NCBI GenBank assembly: GCA_043228905.1
Contig: JBHGNT010000014.1
Coordinates: forward strand, 20,770,001 to 20,834,000
DNA: 64,000 nucleotides
Direction: 5' to 3'
Source of the DNA: Azolla caroliniana
Lineage: Eukaryota > Plantae > Polypodiophyta
Shown here one piece after another: positions 57,601 to 64,000 of this stretch (position 1 is the first letter of the stretch; the number at the start of each line of letters is the position of its first letter). The notes under the pieces were generated by a model. That model did no database searches. It was not told the DNA's origin and saw only the letters and a list, made by a program, of their open reading frames with translations. The position numbers were made by a program, and so were the translations under genes.

Positions 57601-60600
57601 TTCTAACGGTTTCCTAGTTATCCAGGTTGAAACCATGGTTTCAACAACTTAACAGTTTATGGGACATTTTTATAATATTGAATTAAAATATAACTTACAA
57701 TTTAAAAGTTATTGTTTATAATTATAACTAGCAATTGGCATTGTTTAGGTTTGGACCAAAACCAAACCATGAAGTTGCAGTTTAACGGCTGAGCAGTTTG
57801 GTTGGAAACAATGTAGATCAGAGGATCACATAAATGGTCTGGTTTAGATTTTAGAATTTCATATGAAGTTTGAAACAGTTCAGTTCAACAATAACACACT
57901 TTGATTTGATTAGGTTTAGGTTTTAAATAGTTAAAATGGTTTGATTTGAGTCTCTCAAACTGAACCACTGCAGATTTCTAGTTTCTACAAAGAAGAAAAT
58001 GTGGAGCTTGTCATAGCTTCTAAAAGTGTTGGGATTAAAGGCGCTTTAGGTTTCTCTAATTAAACTAGAAAAACGTTTTTATATTATTTAGTATTTTCTA
58101 GTTTCTGTTTAAGTTGTACAATCTCGTTTTCAGAACTGTACTACAACTTCTGAAAGAATATTTTATAGTTTTAATGGGATCCTTGGATAAGATTCCCACT
58201 CAGCATTAAATAGGTATTTATGAGGCATGACTAAGCTGTCACATGAGCATTTAAAGCTCTTCTTCTAAGAGCATATTCTATGTATCTTGGATAGCATATA
58301 TATATATATATATGTACGCACTCCACTATGTATATTATTTAGGCGGTAGGCTTCTGATTTGCAGAACTGCTTCTACTTCCTTAATCCCTCCCATGTGTTA
58401 AACCCCATAATTGTTTTTAGTTTCGCATATCTCTGCGTTCAGATATTTCAGAAACTGTCATTCTATCTTCTACTTCCTTGCAAAAAGGTGATCAAAGTTA
58501 TCTAAGAAAAATATCCATTAAGTATATTCTAATAAGACTGTTGCAATATTGAAGAACTAGTACTTCAGTCAGCCAGCTCTATTCCTTTGCGAGATGACAT
58601 GCAAAACACTACTGATCTTGCATCAAGATAAAATTCCCATTAACACAGTTGACAGCTAAAACTGACATTACAATCTCTGTTACATCTAATCAGATGCACC
58701 AATGTAGCAAGAGGTGCCTGTGTAGCCCATGCAACTTACAAGATGGGACTGATGGGGTGTAAGTAGTTCACTGAACCTATCAAAGCCTTACAACCTCATG
58801 ATGCCTTTTTCAGGTGGATTCATTTGGTGCACGTGGTTATTTGAAAGCAAAAGGTAGATCAAAGATTCAGGTGAGCGGTAAAAGAGAAATAACAATCCCT
58901 GATTAATATAACGGATTTAGTTGTATAATTTAAACAAGATAGCTGATCATTAGAAGATAGTAGCAAAGGAATGCTAGAAGAACATGGACATTCACTCCAT
59001 CACAATTTTGCAGATTTTACAGATGGTATATTTTTTAAAATGCATTAGGAAAGTTTCAAAATATTGCATTACGCACATGATATATCCTTTGAAAGATCTT
59101 GAGTAATAGAGTATAGATGAACAGCAGAGTAGTGGGGGATTCAAACCATTTACGTACTTAATGGTGAAGTGAAGATGTGGAAAAATATCATTCCCCACTT
59201 TGATAGTCCAAGATGAATGCTCCTACCTAAGCTACTGTATGGACATAAATAATGGAGCAACTAAATTATAAACATGATTGAGATAATTATTTTAGTCCTT
59301 GGGATCATATAAATATACAGGATCTACAAGACCTTAGGAACTTACACAGGATCAGGGTTAAAAGTGTATACATATGATGTTTCCTTGACCTGGAATCAGC
59401 TTTTAATATCTAAGTGACCCAATCGAATGCATTAGGATGCTTACCTTATTTTCAGAAGAAATATTGATATGCAGTACACAAAGTCATGCGAAATACAAAG
59501 AATGTTCATAAGGCATAGTGAACTCATTAATCTAAATAAAAACAGAAAGAAATATTATGCACCTCCTTCTTAACCATGAGCTTTTTGCTCAGCACATTTC
59601 TGGATTGAAAGGTCACATTGGACGCCATTGCACTCAAAAACCCAGCCCTGGTTTTAAAATGCAGAAAAAAAACTATAGCAATAAATCATCCCTCTCCATT
59701 CACAAAATAAACTACCAAGAAATATACATTACAAGAAGCAGGAGAACCCAAGTTAAATTACGGAAATAACTTTACCAATTGAATGATGCCTCAGTAAGAG
59801 ATGCTAATGCCACCCCTCCAACAATAGGAAGAAGAGATGCCACCACCAACAAACTGGGATACTGTAATGCAAACAGAAATCCATAGGAAAGGTTGTCAAA
59901 TGCTTACTTTTACCAGTACCATTGTACATGTAGCTTAGCTAACACTAACCTCTCCCAGAACTAGAGCTGACAAAAGCACAGAAAAGAAAGGTTCCATAGC
60001 TTTGATTGTATGTGTGAAAGATACTGCAACTTTTCCAAGGCTCATATTTGTAAAAAGATTGCCCATTGTGTGCACACATGCTAACGGGAGGATTGCAAGA
60101 ATCTGGAAATCCATAAAATCAGAAGATATATCTCAAAAATAAAATCAATGTATCATAATTACTTACAAGTACTACAAACCTGTGAAGTATTGACTTCCGG
60201 TCTTTTGTGTAAACCAAGAGTCCACATAGATACAGAAATAATTGCACCAATGAAAAATTGAAACTGTGTGACTGTAACTGGATATTGGAACACCTTCAGC
60301 ACCTGCAGATCAGGATGACTATGAGGAGCTGAACAGCATATGCACATCTTGGGATTAGAGAAATATATGATGAAAAAACTGTTCCAAAGGCAAGATTGTT
60401 GTAAGAATATTTATAGCATCTCTATACTGAAAACTGATCTCCAACTTTTGCCGATTGTGGAAGTTTGGCAAGAGATAATTGTGTTCAGTCTTTCAGAAGA
60501 AAATGTCATATTTTGATTCCATAATATTGTTCCAAAAATAAATGCTTCATAATGCTGATGATGGTGAAGATGAAGATGATACCAAACAATAGCCGTTCAT

Positions 60601-62349
60601 TACAATTATTGTAACGCCCTTTCAAAATTATTATCTTTGTGATTTTGTTATACTAAGAGACTTTCCAGGATTTCAATTCTTTAACACATGTTGGGCTTTT
60701 AGAGGATATTTATACATCCTAATAAGACTTTTTGTCTAAATTATCGCATGAAATAATAATTTTCTTGTATTTTTCTAACATAAACAAGATATTGCATATG
60801 TAGAATACAAGTTGAATCCTAGTGGTGGACCAATTACAGGAATTAGCTTATGGAAACTAATAGAACATATCATCTTTGCAAAACCTATGTATAACAGAAG
60901 CTGAAATTAAAAGTTCTCTAAGTTATAATGCAAAAATCCCACAGGAGCTGGAATGAAGAAAATGCAGTGATATAAACCAGAAAGAAACTTCTTCGCAATT
61001 CTATGGCCCTTCAAAACGTCTAACCAGAATCAGCACTCAGTAGAAGCATCTTATGTTCCCATGTTAAATTGGACGCTTCAAAATGTTGCACCAGTATGCT
61101 TTTCAGAAACTAGGAAATTCAACTGCATGTTATACAATAGAATTTTGCTACCTTCTCGCGTAATATTTAACATTTAAGATTGATTTCCTTTCCCATAAGT
61201 ATTGAAAAGCCTTACTGGAAAACTTTATTATGGTTCAGCTTCTATAAAGCATAATCAATCTAACATTTCAGTGATACAATGCAAAGCAAGATACCAATAA
61301 ACTATGCCAAAAATGTTATAATCCTGGCCTTATTTTGTTATAAGATGATAACAATGCCTGGAAAACTGCGTCATCACTTTACTTGGTCCTGAAAGTCTCC
61401 TATTCCAATCAGTCAAGAGAATATCAGGTTAGCTTCCATGTATTCCTCAATTACAGCCATGTACATCGCACTTTAAGTTGCTCAATGCATACTGATACAT
61501 TATGACAGCATTCACAAAATAGGCGATCACCTTCAGTATAACGCCAGACAAATGCTTGGTGCTTGCCAGTTGCGATGAGTTATAAAATGAGTAAATTATA
61601 ATAGAAATATACAAGATATTCACTATAATCATCCGAATTCTACTATTTTCTACATATGTCCTGTTATTTCGTGAACAAAAAAGAAAATCGGACAACTAGT
61701 ACAGAAACTTGGAACTCAGAAATAACGTGCTTTCATTTCTATAGTTTCTTATCATGGATGTGGACAATAAATTCCTTATGTGCAGCTAACCTTCATTATC
61801 TGATCAAACACACTGTTTTACTCAAAGCCACAGTACTTTCACTCCAGAGGAATGACAAAGAAGACACAAACACACCTGTTTGTTATAGATATTGAAGTAG
61901 ATGTTGAAGAGATACCATAAACCAAAGAAACAACCAAGAAGGAGAGTTCCTCCTGTATCGCTATTCTCCTTTGGTGCTAGGCTCTGGTCTGAAGCAGAAG
62001 GAATATCTGAAGGTACTCCATCACTGCTTGCTGCTGAGTAAGCCTTAAAAGCAGGAGGAAGAGGCTGTAGGTGGGAATTCTTCGATGCCGAGGAGAAGCT
62101 GTTTGCATCAGGAAGAGTATGGAGAGGATTAAACCCTAGGCCTCCAGGTAAACGTAGTGGTGGGGAAGCTCGTCTGAAAGGCGAAGATTGAGGTCGACCA
62201 AAAGACGGAGAAGAAGCAGCGACACAAGGACGAGAAGAAGAAGAAAAAGGAAGAGAAGGAGAAGATCGATACAAAGAGCGAAGGCGGAACTGAGGAGGAA
62301 GAGAAGAGATGGAGGAGCTGCAATCCATGGGCGTGGTCGCCGTCACCAT
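54637..62349 (-). CDS. PPT: Plastid phosphoenolpyruvate/phosphate translocator, 9 exons
   Basis: Ser/Pro-rich transit peptide, then [107 protein letters not shown], ending [13 protein letters not shown]. The NCVKR and AYQQVSY signatures indicate PPT rather than TPT or GPT. Confidence 0.93.
55370..55575. repeat. Intronic tandem repeat, ~87-bp unit, about 3 copies
   Basis: ac[c/a]tactctg[a/t]gata[g/a]tgca at ~55375, ~55462 and ~55549. Confidence 0.7.
57238..57465. repeat. Intronic tandem duplication, ~115-bp unit, 2 copies
   Basis: gtgcaatagttaa...gcgatggcagcagttttaggattctc.agattttcaaacta.agttgcattcta..aactacagcatct.gaagatc is repeated. Confidence 0.85.
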
Positions 62350-62483
62350 GGCCTTCGAGCTTCCTTCCTTCCTTCCTACCGTCTGTCTGTCTGTCTGTCT
62401 GCCTCGCTCACTTCACTTCACTGATCTTGGAATGGCGGCGGCGGCGGCTGTGTAGTGGCTGTAGGTAGGAAGGAATGCAGTCA

Positions 62484-62488
<5 letters not shown>

Positions 62489-62538
<50 letters not shown>

Positions 62539-62704
62539 CACAGACACACAATTCATTCATTTTACATGTAAATTGTGAATGTAAGGTAATGCAATGCATG
62601 TATGATGTACCCTTCTCCTGCTCCTCCATGTATAATATCATGTATGTATGTATGTATGTATGTATGTATGTATGTATGTATGTATGTATGTATGTATGTA
62701 TGTA
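62489..62704. repeat. (CT)n and (TATG)n microsatellites upstream of PPT
   Basis: Perfect CT run at ~62489-62534 and TATG run at ~62641-62704. Similar tracts occur at ~11724-11761, ~52583-52632 and ~53631-53656. Confidence 0.95.
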
Positions 62705-64000
62705 TTATTTTTTTCATTGGTGATGATGCGATTTCATGTGAAACTGTCTGTCTGTGTGTGTTCTTTGGGTCCTTCCAATTGCCATCGAAAAGGAATATCC
62801 TTCATTTTAACATCTTTTTCGCACACCAAAAGCCAAAGGGATATATATGTACATACATCCACATGCACGCATGGAGAGTCTTTTGTGTTTGTGTTTTCTC
62901 AGATCCCAGTGTCCCACCACACATGCATGTGGCATTTCCAACTGAGGGACCCGACCAATAACATCATGCATGCAACCCCAACCCGTTGCATTTTGTAGTG
63001 CGATTGAGTACTAAAGTAGTCTATCGGTGAGTGAGATATAAACATCAAGACATGGGAGTTTGGCTAACCACCCATGATGCATGTAGAACCCCAATTTGAA
63101 AGGAGAAAAAGGGAGTGACACTCAATTCTCGGGAATTTTTATTAAAGAGTAAATGCACTTGAGAGTCCGCATTTTTGGGCACTTTGCACTGTGTGTGTGC
63201 GTGTGTGTGAACTTATGATAAAATTCTTGATTCATGTAATTTATGTCTCACTAGGTTTCTATGGAAGTTAGATTGCTCATGCTCGTGACTTATATCGTCC
63301 TTGATGGATGGGTTGTAGAAGATTTTTACTGAAGTAATAGAGAATTGACTTCAAAAAGGGCTACCTTGTATTACCCACCCCATGCCTTACGGATTTATTG
63401 TTGGCAATGAGATATTCTTTGTAATATTCTGAATGTGCCAGTGGTCATGATTTATTTTTAGGAAGAGAAACAAAAATTGTGCTAATGCAACTACATATTT
63501 GAAAATCATATGATAATGTACGTTGATTGTTTATTGCCTAGCTTTATGTCTCATGATGGTTTTGTGCAAGGACATGAAGCCTTGTTTTCACCTTGGGACT
63601 TGATACAATGTCGCATGTTATGGTGAATGGTGAAGTGACAAGTTGACCCTGGTAACAAAATCAACATGGCAAAGCTTCTTTGTTTAGGTCATTATTGTTT
63701 GACACTGTTGACAAGGTTGATACCTTTGACCCAACCAATGCATCAAATGTTGTTTGTTGAGGCTATTAGTGTTTAACATTGTTATCACTACATTTTTGCT
63801 ATGTTATTGCTATACACCTTGGCACAATATACGGAAAGTGGTAAGAGTTGCTTTCTAATAAGAAACTATTTATAGCTCATGAATGAACATATGATTTTCC
63901 ATCTCTCATGATAGTTGTACTCAACGATTTAATAAAACCATGGAAGTGTGCATCGTATTTGCCTTGGCCTTGATATTACACATAAATACACTTGTGCTTA

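Noticed and set aside
56300-58650. LTR- and MITE-like pieces in the long PPT intron (e.g. TGTTGGG at 58027 ... TTAACA at 58645; ggttt/aaacc-rich 57500-57970)
   Set aside because: Probably TE-derived, but no TSD or paired termini were found, so boundaries cannot be supported.

Overview
Eukaryotic land-plant genomic DNA. A non-seed vascular plant such as a fern is plausible from the Tcn1-like chromovirus, repeat-tailed LINE and compact introns, but this is inference. The left half (1 to ~34.5 kb) is a nested transposon graveyard: several Ty1/copia elements (one almost intact at 24154-29531, with a TTTTT TSD), a non-autonomous LTR element inserted in a copia 5'UTR, a solo LTR, and LINE, hAT and gypsy remnants. 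The right half holds four host genes: an AP2/ERF factor, cytosolic prolyl-tRNA synthetase, an RNI-like LRR protein (EMB2004/AT1G10510-like) and a plastid PEP/phosphate translocator. The most unusual feature is a circularly permuted one-LTR chromovirus at 5984-10707, ordered RT-RH-IN-chromodomain-PPT-LTR-partial gag-PR. Its two outer ends rejoin codon-perfectly across a shared CAT, and the LTR's terminal CA is fused into mid-gag. This is the structure expected from a reintegrated extrachromosomal (autointegration-type) circle. That LTR also carries an antisense tRNA-like A-box/B-box module. All calls come from reading the sequence by eye; no searches were run.
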